DNA from: an uncultured Acidobacteriota bacterium
GTDB taxonomy: Bacteria > Acidobacteriota > Thermoanaerobaculia > Multivoradales > SZUA-115
Length of the DNA: 64,000 nucleotides
NCBI GenBank assembly: GCA_963805975.1
Contig: CAWDVR010000001.1
Location: 1,408,001 to 1,472,000 of the forward strand
Direction of reading: 5' to 3'
Position 1 is the first letter of the stretch; each line of letters starts with the position of its first letter. Positions 30,114 through 40,481 of this stretch are shown here, in pieces. The notes beneath the pieces were generated by a model. The model worked only from the letters and a program-made list of their open reading frames with translations, had not been told where the DNA came from and searched no databases. Position numbers and translations under genes: made by a program.

Positions 30114-31568
30114 CTACGCGGCCAGCGCTTGGAGAGTTACAGCCAGCAGGCGGTAGAAGCGGCCCACGGTCTCGATCTCCACCCGCTCGTCGGGCGAGTG
30201 CGGGAACTGGATGGTGGGGCCGAAGGAGATCATGTCCATGCCCGGCTTCTTCTCGCCGAGGATGCCGCACTCGAGCCCGGCGTGGATGGCGCCCACCTTG
30301 GGTGCGAAGCCCAGCACCTCCTCGTGGGTGCGCTGCATCACCGCCAGGAGCGGCGAGTCGAGGTTCGGCTTCCAGCCCGGGTAGCCGGTGCCCTCGGCCA
30401 CCTCGGCGCCGGCGAGCCGGGCGATCGCCCGGTTGCGCTGCCGGATCGCTCGGAGCGCCGAGGCCACGGAGCTCCGGTTGGCCATGGCGATCGAGAGCGT
30501 GCCATCCGTGTCCGTGACCCGCCCCAGGTTGGTCGAAGTCTCGACCAGCCCCGGAATGTCATAGCTCATCGCCAGCACGCCGTGCGGCATCGCGGTCAGG
30601 AGCGCGAGCGCGCGGCCCGTCGAGGCCTCGTCCCACGCCGAGCCCGGCACCTCTTCGGAGGCGATCTCCCACATCAGGCCAGGCTCGGCCGGGAGGTACT
30701 CCTCACGAATCGCCGTCAGGTTCTTCTCCACGAGATCGCGGCAGCGGTCGCGGTCGGCGGCGGCCAGCACCAGGAGCGCCAGCGCCTCGCGCGGGATGGC
30801 GTTGGTCTTGTCGCCGCCCGAGAAACGGGCGAGCCGGAAGGGCGCCTCGAGCGAGGCGGCGAACAGGGCCCGCGCCAGGAGCTTCAGGGCATTGCCCCGC
30901 TGGAGGTGGATGTCCACGCCAGAGTGACCGCCCTTGAGGCCCGCCAGCCGGATCGAGAGCGCCGCGGATCCCGTTGCCGGAGGCGAGGAGGAGAGCGCCA
31001 ACGCGAGCCGGCTGTCGGCACCGCCGGCGCAGCCCACGGTGAGGGTTCCCTCCTCCTCGGAGTCGAGGTTGAGCAGGCGGGTGCCGGAGAGGAGGGAGGC
31101 GTCGAGGCCGGAAGCGCCCGACAGGCCGCGCTCCTCGTCGATCGTGAACAGCAGCTCGAGCGGTCCGTGCACCAGCGAGCGGTCCTCCGCCACCGCCAGC
31201 ATCGCGGCGACGCCGATGCCGTTGTCCGAGCCCAGGGTGGTGCCGGTCGCGGCCAGGAACTCGCCGTCGCGCCGCGGCGCGATCGGGTCGTGGTCGAAGT
31301 CGTGGACCACGTCCGAGTTCTTCTCGTTGACCATGTCGAGGTGAGACTGGAGGATGGTGGCGGGCGCGGCCTCCTGGCCCTGGCTCGCCGGCTTCAAGAC
31401 CACCAGGTTGCCGGCCGCGTCGCTCCGGTGCTCGAGGCCGTGGCGATCCGCGACGCCGATCACGTAGCGCCGCATCCCTTCCTCGTTGCCGGAGCCGCGG
31501 GGGATCTTCAGGATCTCGTCGAAGTGCCGCCAGAGCTGCTGCGGCTGAAGCTGCGCGACAAAGCTCAT
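30114..31568 (-). CDS. pepD: Aminoacyl-histidine dipeptidase (M20)
   Basis: PRGSGNE, LQSHLDMV, TTLGSDNGIG, DEERG, NLDSEE, GGHSG, IHAGLECG, HSPDER. Confidence 0.94.
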   Translation of the reverse strand: MSFVAQLQPQQLWRHFDEILKIPRGSGNEEGMRRYVIGVADRHGLEHRSDAAGNLVVLKPASQGQEAAPATILQSHLDMVNEKNSDVVHDFDHDPIAPRRDGEFLAATGTTLGSDNGIGVAAMLAVAEDRSLVHGPLELLFTIDEERGLSGASGLDASLLSGTRLLNLDSEEEGTLTVGCAGGADSRLALALSSSPPATGSAALSIRLAGLKGGHSGVDIHLQRGNALKLLARALFAASLEAPFRLARFSGGDKTNAIPREALALLVLAAADRDRCRDLVEKNLTAIREEYLPAEPGLMWEIASEEVPGSAWDEASTGRALALLTAMPHGVLAMSYDIPGLVETSTNLGRVTDTDGTLSIAMANRSSVASALRAIRQRNRAIARLAGAEVAEGTGYPGWKPNLDSPLLAVMQRTHEEVLGFAPKVGAIHAGLECGILGEKKPGMDMISFGPTIQFPHSPDERVEIETVGRFYRLLAVTLQALAA

Positions 31569-31713
31569 ACCGACCTCCCGATCAGCGAAGAGCGATGGTA
31601 TCACCGGCCTGCGGCCGAGCCTCGGATCGAGCCGGGGACTGGACCTCCTTTTCAGCTACAATCCGCCCAAACTTCGCTTCCGTTCCGCCGCCTGCGCGGC
31701 CTTGAGGAGCCTT

Positions 31714-33726
31714 ATGGCTGAGACCCGCGAGAAGCCCTTCACGCCATTCGTCCCCGCCTCGACGGTGCTGCCCGAGTTCACGGTGCGCGCCGTCGTGCTG
31801 GGAGCGATCTTCGGCATCATCTTCGGCGCTTCGACCGTCTACCTCGCGCTGCGCGCCGGTCAGACCGTCTCGGCGTCGATCCCCATCGCGGTCCTCGCGA
31901 TCGCGATCCTGGGCAAGCTCGGCCGCGCCTCGATCCTCGAGAACAACATCGTGCAGACGGTGGGCTCGGCCGGCGAGTCGATCGCCGCCGGCGTCGCCTT
32001 CACCATCCCCGCCCTGGTCTTCCTGGCGGGCGGCGTCGAGTTCTTCAACTACTTCAACATCTTCACCATGGCCCTGATCGGCGGCATCCTGGGTGTGCTG
32101 TTCATGGTGCCGCTGCGCCGCTCGCTGATCGTCAAGGAGCACGGCACTCTGCCCTACCCCGAGGGCACGGCCTGCGCCGAGCTGCTGATCGCCGGCCAGA
32201 AGGGCGGGTCGCTCGCCAGCCGCGTGTTCGCCGGTCTCGGCGTCGGCGCTCTCTACAAGACCCTGATGAGCATCCTCGGGTTGTGGAAAGAGGTGCCGGC
32301 CCTGGTCGCCGGCCGTGGCGGGGCCTTTCCGCGCGCCTCGGTGGCCTGCGAGATCACGCCCGAGTACCTCGGCGTGGGCTACATCATCGGCCCCAAGATC
32401 GGCGGCGTGCTGGTCGCCGGCGGCGTGCTCACCTATCTGGTCCTGATCCCGCTGGTCGCCTACATCGGCGATTCCCTCGCGGCGGCGATCCCGCCGGGGA
32501 TCACCCCCGACCCCGGCGAAGCCCCTTTGCTGATCAGCCAGATGGGCCCCGACGAGATCCGCCTCGGCTACACCCGCTACATCGGCGCCGGCGCGGTGGC
32601 GGCCGGCGGCCTCCTGACCCTGATGCGTACCATCCCGACCATCGCCTCCGCGGTCAAGGACAGCTTCAAGAACCTGCAAGACCTCAAGGCGGGCCGCAAC
32701 CCCGCGCGCACCGAGCGCGACATCCCGATCACCTACGTCATCGTCGGCTCGCTGATCCTGATGGCCATCATCGCGCTCCTGCCGCAGCTCCCCGGCACCT
32801 TCCCGGGCACCCTCTTCATGGGCATCCTGGTGGTGGTCTTCGGTTTCTTCTTCGTCACCGTCAGCTCGCGCATCGTCGGCCTCATCGGCTCCACCTCGAA
32901 CCCGATCTCGGGCATGACCATCGCGACTCTGATGGCGACCTGCGCCATCTTCGTGGCCATCGGTTGGACGGGCGACGCCTACCAGGCCATGGCGCTCTGC
33001 GTCGGCGGCATCGTCTGCATCGCCGCCGCCAACGCCGGCAACACCAGCCAGGACCTCAAGACCGGCTACATCCTGGGCGCCACGCCGATCTACCAGCAGC
33101 TCGGCCTGATCGTCGGCGTGCTGGCCTCGGTCTTCGCCGTCGGCTTCACTCTCAACCTGATCGACAGCACGCAACGCCTGAACGGCATCGAGCACGCGAT
33201 CGGCACCACGGCCTACCCGGCGCCGCAGGCGACGCTGATGGCGACCATCATCCAGGGCGTGCTGGCGCAGGACCTCCCCTGGGGCCTGGTGCTGGCCGGG
33301 GCCTTCATCTCGGTGGTGGTCGAGCTGTGCGGCGTGCGCTCGCTGTCCTTCGCGGTCGGCGTGTACCTGCCGCTCTCGACCACGCTGCCGATCTTCCTCG
33401 GCGGCGCGGTGCGCGGCATCTTCGAAAAGGTGAGCGGCAGCAAGCCCGACAACGAGTCCGAGGTCTCGCCGGGCATGCTCTACGCGACGGGCCTGGTGGC
33501 CGGCGGTTCGCTCCTGGGGGTCGCCATCGCCGCCCTCCAGGTGCTCGAGAAGACGGTGATCGTGGACGGCGTCGCCACGCAGGTGCGGCTCTATGACTGG
33601 ATCCTCGACACCGTGGGTGTCCACGGCTTCGAGAGCCTGGGAGGCTGGGCGGACGTGCTCGGCAGCCTGGCGTTCCTGGCGCTGTGCTACCTGCTGTTCA
33701 GGGCGGCGCGGAAGAAGCTGACGTAG
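31714..33726 (+). CDS. OPT family oligopeptide transporter
   Basis: EFTVRA, SASIPIA, ENNIVQT.GSAGES, SNPISG, SQDLKTG, PAPQATLM. Confidence 0.94.
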   Translation: MAETREKPFTPFVPASTVLPEFTVRAVVLGAIFGIIFGASTVYLALRAGQTVSASIPIAVLAIAILGKLGRASILENNIVQTVGSAGESIAAGVAFTIPALVFLAGGVEFFNYFNIFTMALIGGILGVLFMVPLRRSLIVKEHGTLPYPEGTACAELLIAGQKGGSLASRVFAGLGVGALYKTLMSILGLWKEVPALVAGRGGAFPRASVACEITPEYLGVGYIIGPKIGGVLVAGGVLTYLVLIPLVAYIGDSLAAAIPPGITPDPGEAPLLISQMGPDEIRLGYTRYIGAGAVAAGGLLTLMRTIPTIASAVKDSFKNLQDLKAGRNPARTERDIPITYVIVGSLILMAIIALLPQLPGTFPGTLFMGILVVVFGFFFVTVSSRIVGLIGSTSNPISGMTIATLMATCAIFVAIGWTGDAYQAMALCVGGIVCIAAANAGNTSQDLKTGYILGATPIYQQLGLIVGVLASVFAVGFTLNLIDSTQRLNGIEHAIGTTAYPAPQATLMATIIQGVLAQDLPWGLVLAGAFISVVVELCGVRSLSFAVGVYLPLSTTLPIFLGGAVRGIFEKVSGSKPDNESEVSPGMLYATGLVAGGSLLGVAIAALQVLEKTVIVDGVATQVRLYDWILDTVGVHGFESLGGWADVLGSLAFLALCYLLFRAARKKLT

Positions 33727-33731
33727 GAGAG

Positions 33732-33851
33732 CCCCTCACCCCTGCCCCTCTCCCCGCTCACGCGGGGCGAGGGGTTCTGAAGCCCGACGCTTTGACGGTC
33801 TCCCCTCCGGTCCCCTCTCCCCGCATGCGGGGAGAGGGCTAGGGTGAGGGG
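33732..33851. repeat. Inverted pair of CCCTCACCCC-type REP elements
   Basis: CCCCTCACCCCTGCCCCTCTCCCCGC..GCGGGGCGAGGGG (33732-33774) and CCCCTCTCCCCGCATGCGGGGAGAGGGCTAGGGTGAGGGG (33812-33851). Confidence 0.85.
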
Positions 33852-34885
33852 TAGACCGGCGTCTTTGCCGGCGCGCCGGCCACTTCCCGCACCAGGCGCG
33901 GCACCAGGTACCCGGGAAGCCGCACCGTCAGCGCGGCCATCAGCCGCACGGCCTCCTTCTCCTCCACCTCGAAGTGGGCCGTGCCCGTCACGCGGTCGAG
34001 GAGGTGGAGGTAGTACGGCAGCACTCCGGTCGCGAACAGGGCCCGCGAGAGATCGGCCAGCGCCTCCACCGAATCGTTCACCCCGCGCAGCAGCACGGCC
34101 TGGTTCAGCAGGGGCACGCCGGCTGCCTTGAAGCGCGCCATGGCCGCGGCGACCTCGGCGTCGATCTCCCGCGCGTGGTTGGCGTGCAGCACGACCACCG
34201 GTGCGAGGCGAGTGCCGGTGAGCCAGGCGAGGAGGTCGTCATCCACCCGCTCTGGGAGCACGACCGGGGTGCGGGTGTGGACCCGGAGCCGTGTCAGGTG
34301 GGGGATCTCGGCGAGCGACTCGGCCAGCCGTGCGAGCCGCGCGTCGGGAAGGAGCAGCGGATCGCCCCCCGAGAGGATCACCTCTTCGATCGTGGGATCG
34401 GCCGCGAGATAGGCCAGCGCCTGCTCGAATCCCGCCGCTGACGCGCCCTGCTCCGCGTACGGGAACTCGCGGCGGAAGCAGTAGCGGCAGTGGACGGCAC
34501 AGGCTCCCGCCGCCACCAGCAGCGCCCGCCCCTGGTACTTGTGGAGCACTCCGGGCACGGCCGCCCAGGCCAGCTCGCCGAGCGGATCAGCGGTGAAGCC
34601 CGGCCTCGCCTCGAGCTCCGCTGCCAAGGGAAGGACCTGGGCGAGCAACGGGTCGCGGAGGTCACCCTTCCGCATGCGCGCAACGAAGCTCCGCGGCACC
34701 CGCAGCGGGAACAGCCGGCCGGCACGGCGCATGCCGTCGAGGAGCCCGTCTGCGCTCGCGGAGGGCAGCTCGAGCAGCACCAGGAGCTCGGCCGGGTCGG
34801 TGACCGCTTGGGCGAGGCTCCGGCGCCACGCCCCCGGCACGGGCCGGGACGTCACCTGCGGATCAGCGGCAGTTCGCGCTATCAT
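33839..34885 (-). CDS. epmB: EF-P beta-lysylation protein EpmB (lysine 2,3-aminomutase)
   Basis: [11 protein letters not shown] radical SAM motif, [24 protein letters not shown]; divergent from efp. Confidence 0.95.
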   Translation of the reverse strand: MIARTAADPQVTSRPVPGAWRRSLAQAVTDPAELLVLLELPSASADGLLDGMRRAGRLFPLRVPRSFVARMRKGDLRDPLLAQVLPLAAELEARPGFTADPLGELAWAAVPGVLHKYQGRALLVAAGACAVHCRYCFRREFPYAEQGASAAGFEQALAYLAADPTIEEVILSGGDPLLLPDARLARLAESLAEIPHLTRLRVHTRTPVVLPERVDDDLLAWLTGTRLAPVVVLHANHAREIDAEVAAAMARFKAAGVPLLNQAVLLRGVNDSVEALADLSRALFATGVLPYYLHLLDRVTGTAHFEVEEKEAVRLMAALTVRLPGYLVPRLVREVAGAPAKTPVYPSP

Positions 34886-34939
34886 TCCGCGCGCTCCGCG
34901 GCAAACCCCGAGCAGGATGAGCTTTCGAAGAGGATCCCC

Positions 34940-35503
34940 ATGGCGACGTATTACACCAACCAGTTCAAGTCCGGCCTGAAGATTATGATCGATGGCGACC
35001 CCTACACCATCGTCGAGAACGAGATGGTCAAGCCGGGCAAGGGCCAGGCCTTCAACCGCGTCCGGGTCAAGAACCTCAAGACCGGGCGCACCGTCGAGAA
35101 GACCTGGAAGTCCGGCGATTCGGTGGAAGGCGCCGACGTGGTCGAGACCGAGATGCAGTACCTCTACAACGACGGCGAGAAATGGCACTTCATGGTGCCC
35201 TCGACTTACGAGCAGCACGAGGCGGACGAGCTCGTGCTCGGGGATGCCGCGCAGTGGCTCAAGGAGCAGGACATCTGCTACGTGACGCTCTGGGACGGCC
35301 GACCCCTCCTGGTCGTTCCCCCGGCCTTCGTGGTGCTCAAGATCGTCGAGACCGATCCCGGCGTGCGCGGCGACACCTCGAGCGGCGGCACCAAGCCGGC
35401 CAAGCTCGAGACCGGCGCGGTGGTGAAGGTGCCGCTCTTCATCCAGGAAGGCGAGGTCATCCGGGTCGACACCCGCATCGGTGAGTACGTGTCGCGAGCG
35501 TGA
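34940..35503 (+). CDS. efp: Elongation factor P
   Basis: [39 protein letters not shown]. Confidence 0.98.
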   Translation: MATYYTNQFKSGLKIMIDGDPYTIVENEMVKPGKGQAFNRVRVKNLKTGRTVEKTWKSGDSVEGADVVETEMQYLYNDGEKWHFMVPSTYEQHEADELVLGDAAQWLKEQDICYVTLWDGRPLLVVPPAFVVLKIVETDPGVRGDTSSGGTKPAKLETGAVVKVPLFIQEGEVIRVDTRIGEYVSRA

Positions 35504-35516
35504 GCAAGGACCTGTC

Positions 35517-36479
35517 GTGAGCGCGGACTGGCGCCCGTCCGCCTCGTTCGCCAACCTCCGTCTGCGGGCGCAGATCCTGGCGCAGATCCGCGCCTTCTTC
35601 GCCGCCCGCGGGGTGCTCGAGGTGGAGACCCCGGCGCTCTCGGGCGCCACCGTCACCGATCTTCATCTCGCGAGCCTCGAGACGCGCTGCCGGGCCGGGG
35701 CCGCCGGCGAGCGCACGCTCTATCTCCAAACCTCGCCCGAGTTCGCCATGAAGCGGCTGCTGGCCGCCGGCAGCGGGCCCATCTACCAGCTGGCCCGCGC
35801 TTTCCGGGACGGCGAGGCCGGACGCCGCCACAACCCGGAGTTCACCCTCCTCGAGTGGTACCGCCCCGGCCTCGATCACCACGGCCTGATGGACGAGATG
35901 GAGGCCTTGCTGAGCGAGATCCTGGGGACCGGGCCTGCCGTGCGGCTGAGCTATGCGGAGCTGTTCGAGGAGCGGCTGGGCGTCGACCCGCATGCGGCTT
36001 CCCCGCTCGAGCTCGCGGCCGCGGCCCGAGCCGCAGGCCTCGCAGATCCGCTCGACCTCGACCGCGACGGCTGGCTCGACCTGCTGCTCGCCGTGGTGCT
36101 CGAGCCGGGGCTCGGTCGCGGCCGGCCGGCCTTCCTCTACGACTTCCCGGCCAGCCAGGCCGCCCTGGCGCGGGTGCGGCCCGGGCCGCCGGCCGTCGCC
36201 GAGCGTTTCGAGGTCTTCGTCGAGGGCGTGGAGCTCGCCAACGGCTTCCACGAGCTGGCCGACCCAGCCGAGCAGCGGCGGCGCTTCGAGCGCGACCTCG
36301 AGCGCCGCCGCGAGCGCGGCCTGCCCGCGGTTCCGATCGACGAGCATCTGCTCGCAGCCCTCGCCGCCGGCCTGCCGCCGTGCGCCGGCGTGGCGCTCGG
36401 AGTCGACCGCCTGGTGATGCTGGCCGCAGGTGCCTCGTCGCTCGCGGAGGTGCTCGCCTTCCCCGTCGACCGCGCCTGA
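35517..36479 (+). CDS. epmA: EF-P lysine aminoacylase EpmA
   Basis: LQTSPEFAMKRLL, HNPEFTLLEWY, ELANGFHEL, GVALGVDRL. Confidence 0.96.
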   Translation: MSADWRPSASFANLRLRAQILAQIRAFFAARGVLEVETPALSGATVTDLHLASLETRCRAGAAGERTLYLQTSPEFAMKRLLAAGSGPIYQLARAFRDGEAGRRHNPEFTLLEWYRPGLDHHGLMDEMEALLSEILGTGPAVRLSYAELFEERLGVDPHAASPLELAAAARAAGLADPLDLDRDGWLDLLLAVVLEPGLGRGRPAFLYDFPASQAALARVRPGPPAVAERFEVFVEGVELANGFHELADPAEQRRRFERDLERRRERGLPAVPIDEHLLAALAAGLPPCAGVALGVDRLVMLAAGASSLAEVLAFPVDRA

Positions 36480-36574
36480 GAGCGTGCTATCCTTCTGGTT
36501 CCAGTAAACGACAGGAAACAGTGGTTCGCGGGCGTCCGCCGGGGGCACTCGCCCGCCTCGTCCAGGAGGTAGAC

Positions 36575-38653
36575 ATGGAGATCGGGAAGCAGTCTCGCTG
36601 GCTCAAGCTGATGCTCGTCCTGGCGCTCGCGGCGTGGCCCGCGCTGGCGCAGGAGGAAGCTCCGCCGCCGGAGGACACGGCGGCCCAGGAAGAGGAGTCG
36701 ACGACCGTCGAGGACATCATCGTCGTCACCGCCTCCAACGCCGAGCAGCGCCTGCAGGACGCGCCGGCTACCATGACAGTGATCACCGGCGAGGAGCTCG
36801 AGTTGGCGCCTGCCGACGACTACGGCGACGTGCTGCGCAACGTACCCGGCCTCAACGTGTCGCAGATGAGCGCCCGCGACATCCAGATTACCGGCCGCTC
36901 CTCCACCAACAGCCTGGCGGCGAGCGAGCTGGTGCTGCTCGACGGACGCTCCGTGTACCTCGACTTTTTCGGCTTCGTGATGTGGGACCTCCTGCCCATC
37001 AACCCGCGCGAGATCAAGCAGATCGAGGTGGTGCGCGGTCCGGGGAGCGCGGTCTGGGGCGCCAACGCCCTGACCGGCGTCATCAACCTGATCACCAAGA
37101 CCCCGCGCGAGTCGGCCGGCGGTGCCGTGCAGTTCGGCGCCGGTGAGCTCGGCACCCTCTACGGCAGCGCGAGCTACGCCGCGGCCGGCGAGAAGGCGGC
37201 CTTCAAGGTGATGGGCGCCTACTACGAGCAGGACGCCTATGACCGCCCGACCGGCATCATCCCCGGCACCAACACCCCCTATCCGCCCTTCGAGAACCAG
37301 GGAACGGAGCAGCCCAAGCTCGACCTGCGGGTGGACCTCGACCAGGACCCCAGCTCCGTCTGGACCTTCGGCGCCGGCACGGCGGGCACCGACGGCATCA
37401 TCCACTCCGGCATCGGGCCCTTCGACATCGAGAAGGGCACCAAGATGAGCTACGCCAAGGTCGGCTGGATGCGGGAGACGATGCGCGCCGGCTTCTTCAC
37501 CAACATCCTCGACGGCGAGGCGGACAACCTCCTGACCGTGGGCGCCGACGGCCGGCCGATCAAGCTCGGTTTCGACAGCAAGACCTACAACCTCGACTTC
37601 TCGAACGTCAGTCTGGTCGGGCAGAGCAACGTCCTCACCTACGGCGCCAACGCCCGCCACAACACCTTCGACCTGACGATCGCGCCGGAAGGCGACAACC
37701 GCGACGAGTACGGCGTCTTCCTCCAGGACGAGATCCTCTTCGGCCTCAAGGCCCGCTGGCTGATCGGCGGCCGGCTGGACAACATCGACCCGATCGGCAA
37801 CGTGTTCTCGCCGCGCACCAGCCTCGCCTTCACGCCCTCCGGCAACCACACCTTCCGCCTGTCGTACAACCGCGCCTTCAAGTCGCCGTCGCTGATCCAG
37901 AACTACCTCGACATCACCATCGTGAACCTCGTGAACCTGCCGACCGGCCCCTACATCTTCCCGTCGGTGGCGCAGGGCAACGAAGACTTGAAGGAAGAGC
38001 GGCTCGACGCCTACGAGGTCGGCTACGTCGGCACCTTCGGCCGCACCACCTTCTCGCTCGCGGTCTACCACAACGAGACCAAGGACTCGCAGGACTTCTA
38101 CACCGCCGGCACCTACACCGCGGCCAACCCGCCGCCGCGTTTCCCGCTGCCGCCCTTCGTGCTCGCCATCCCGCCGCCGCAGGGCCTGGCGGGCGTGCTG
38201 CCGTCCAGGTTCTCGTACCGCAACATCGGCCAGACCACCGACGAGGGCGTCGAGGCGTCGCTGATGTACCGCTCCACCCTGCCGTGGTCCTGGTCGCTCA
38301 ACTACTCCTACCAGGCCGACCCCGAGGTGGAGGGCATCCCCCGCGAGCAGATCAACACCCCGCCGCGCCATCGCGCCAACATGAGCCTGGGGTACAACGG
38401 CGACCTGTTCTTCACCAGCGGCAACGTCAACTACCAGGACGAGGCGTTCTGGACCGACGTGCTGGACTCTCGCTTCCACGGCCCCACGGAAGAATTCACC
38501 CAGGTCAACCTCACCGTGGGTGTGCGGCTGCTCAACGACCGTCTCCAGCTCTCGGTGATCGGCAGCAACATCTTCGACGAGGAAGTGCAGCAGCACATTT
38601 TCGGCGACCTCATCAGCCGCAAGATCAGCGGCCAGATCCTGTGGAGCTTCTGA
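36575..38653 (+). CDS. TonB-dependent receptor
   Basis: SD AGGAGGT, signal peptide, TonB box DIIVVTA, plug motifs LLDG and IEVVRGPGSAVWG..A..GVIN, C-terminal Phe. Confidence 0.93.
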   Translation: MEIGKQSRWLKLMLVLALAAWPALAQEEAPPPEDTAAQEEESTTVEDIIVVTASNAEQRLQDAPATMTVITGEELELAPADDYGDVLRNVPGLNVSQMSARDIQITGRSSTNSLAASELVLLDGRSVYLDFFGFVMWDLLPINPREIKQIEVVRGPGSAVWGANALTGVINLITKTPRESAGGAVQFGAGELGTLYGSASYAAAGEKAAFKVMGAYYEQDAYDRPTGIIPGTNTPYPPFENQGTEQPKLDLRVDLDQDPSSVWTFGAGTAGTDGIIHSGIGPFDIEKGTKMSYAKVGWMRETMRAGFFTNILDGEADNLLTVGADGRPIKLGFDSKTYNLDFSNVSLVGQSNVLTYGANARHNTFDLTIAPEGDNRDEYGVFLQDEILFGLKARWLIGGRLDNIDPIGNVFSPRTSLAFTPSGNHTFRLSYNRAFKSPSLIQNYLDITIVNLVNLPTGPYIFPSVAQGNEDLKEERLDAYEVGYVGTFGRTTFSLAVYHNETKDSQDFYTAGTYTAANPPPRFPLPPFVLAIPPPQGLAGVLPSRFSYRNIGQTTDEGVEASLMYRSTLPWSWSLNYSYQADPEVEGIPREQINTPPRHRANMSLGYNGDLFFTSGNVNYQDEAFWTDVLDSRFHGPTEEFTQVNLTVGVRLLNDRLQLSVIGSNIFDEEVQQHIFGDLISRKISGQILWSF

Positions 38654-38666
38654 TCCCGCCCTGCAC

Positions 38667-38717
38667 CTAGTCCAAGACGGCCGTCTCCCCCACCTTCAGC
38701 ACCTGGAGGCGGCGGCC
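38667..38717 (-). repeat. Orphan duplicate of the last 17 codons of the MBL-fold gene (pairs with 39463-39513)
   Basis: Encodes GRRLQVLKVGETAVLD* versus GRRLQVLRVGETGELD*; 41/51 nt identical, first 18 nt perfect. Confidence 0.88.
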
Positions 38718-38734
38718 GGCGCGGGGGCCTTGGG

Positions 38735-39079
38735 TCAGCTCGGTTCTTCCCGCTCCACCAGCGGCTCCAACACGGTAAGCACCTCGTCGGCGTGCCGCTC
38801 AGCCACCTGCCACACACGGTCCCAGTCGATCTTCTCGTAACCGTGGATCAGCCGGTCGCGCATCCCGGCCAAAGCCTGCCAGGGGACCTCGGGATGAGCG
38901 GCTCGAAACTCGGAAGAGAGCCGCTTCGTCGCCTCGCCAATGACCTCGATCTTCCGTACAACAGCCGAACGCACCAACTCGTTTGCAAAAAACTCATCTC
39001 TCGTCATCTCGCCGGTAAAGACGTGGATATCCCGACAAGCCAGGACGATGTCGAGCGCCCAGCCGAGATCACGCTGCAT
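38735..39079 (-). CDS. HEPN/DUF86 (HepT-like) ribonuclease toxin
   Basis: EVIGEA and GMRDRLIHGY (Rx4HxY) motifs. Confidence 0.92.
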   Translation of the reverse strand: MQRDLGWALDIVLACRDIHVFTGEMTRDEFFANELVRSAVVRKIEVIGEATKRLSSEFRAAHPEVPWQALAGMRDRLIHGYEKIDWDRVWQVAERHADEVLTVLEPLVEREEPS

Positions 39080-39413
39080 AGAGGAGCTGTGCGCTCTCGA
39101 GGATCGAGCGCCGGCGGATCCAGTTGCGGCTTTCCTCGACTGCCTGCCGGCTGACGAGGTCTACCTTGCGCCCGAGAAGGCGGGACAGGTCTTCCTCAAG
39201 CGCCTGGTAGTGCCCCGCCCACGGCTTCTCGGCACCTAGCTCGAAGACCACGAGGAAGTCCACGTCGCTGTCGGTTCGGAAATCTGGGCCCAGAACGGAG
39301 CCGAAGGCATACAGCTCACGAACCCCATGCTTGCGACACAGGGCTCGAATCTCCTCGCCGGAGAGGCGGAGGGAGTTCGCGGGATCGATGGGCTCGGAGT
39401 GAGGTTGCGGCAT
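39069..39413 (-). CDS. Minimal nucleotidyltransferase (MntA-like) antitoxin
   Basis: FGS-x10-DVD motif, GRKVDLV; TAGAAT and AGGAG upstream; overlaps the HEPN gene. Confidence 0.92.
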   Translation of the reverse strand: MPQPHSEPIDPANSLRLSGEEIRALCRKHGVRELYAFGSVLGPDFRTDSDVDFLVVFELGAEKPWAGHYQALEEDLSRLLGRKVDLVSRQAVEESRNWIRRRSILESAQLLYAA

Positions 39414-39462
39414 CTGTGCGCTCCTGGCCTGTATTCTACGGCCGTCCTTTCTCGCCGCGCCT

Positions 39463-40397
39463 TCAGTCGAGCTCGCCCGTCTCCCCTACCCTCAACACCT
39501 GGAGGCGGCGGCCGTCTGTCGGCCCTTCTCTCTCCCACCAGGTTCGTAGGCGATCGGCAGGCTCGGATATCGGCTCGTCGGTGAGCTGGAAGGCGCCCCA
39601 GTGCGTGGGAACAAGGTTCCGGGCACCGAGGGTGAGGAAGGCGCGGCCGGCCTCCTCCGGGTTCATGTGGTTGCTCCCCATGAACCAGCCGGGCTCATAG
39701 CCGCCGATCGGCAGCAGGGCCGCGGCGAGGTCGGGGAAGCGGCTGGCCGATCTCGGCGAAGCCCGCAGAAGTCTGCCGTGTCTCCCGCGTGGTAGACCCC
39801 CTGCCCACCACCTTCGATCACGAATCCGCCCCACCAGGAACGGTTCACGTCACCCGGTACGCGGTGCGACCAGTGCCGGGCCGGTACGAGAGTGATGCGG
39901 AGCGAGCCGAGCTCGGCCGCCTGCCACCAGCCGAGCTCCCGCACCTCGCGGAAGCCACGGCGGCGGAGCCAGGCCCCGAGCCCGAGCGGCACGACAGCCG
40001 GTAGCGGCTGGGCGAGCGCTGCCAGCGACGGCGCGTCGAGGTGGTCGTAGTGGTTGTGGGAGACGAGGACGGTCGTGAGGCGCGGCAACTGCTCGGGACC
40101 GAGCCCCGCTGCCCCGTGACGTGGGTAGAGCCAGCCGATGCGGCGCGAGAACACCGGGTCGATCAGCACGTGCTCGCCGCCCAGCGAGACGAGGAACGAA
40201 GAGTGACCAATCCAGGTGACGCGCGGCACCGGCGAGGCCGAGTGGATCCGTGCGAGGTCCGGCTCGACGCTCGGCGCGGGTGGGCCGGGCGGCGCGATGC
40301 GGCGGCGGCCGGTGAGCCGGTCCCACACGCCCCAGCGCAGCACCGCGCCCAGGCCCTGGGGACGGTGCGTCGGATCAAGGTTGGAGAAGCGAGGCAT
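39463..40397 (-). CDS. MBL-fold metallo-hydrolase (NAPE-PLD/RomA-like) with two +1 insertions near 39741-39767
   Basis: WIGHSS, SHNHYDHLD, HAGDT, then LLPIGGYEP...HMNPEE...PTHWG in another frame. Confidence 0.85.
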
Positions 40398-40481
40398 GGT
40401 CGGCTAGAGGGTAGCATCGCCGGGCTGCCCCACTCCTGAGCCGGCCGCCGCCCGATCTCGCGAGCTACAATCCCGCCCGCC

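Noticed and set aside
38735-39413. Defence island or prophage around the TA pair
   Set aside because: Flanking genes are ordinary chromosomal genes; no phage, integrase or other defence genes are visible
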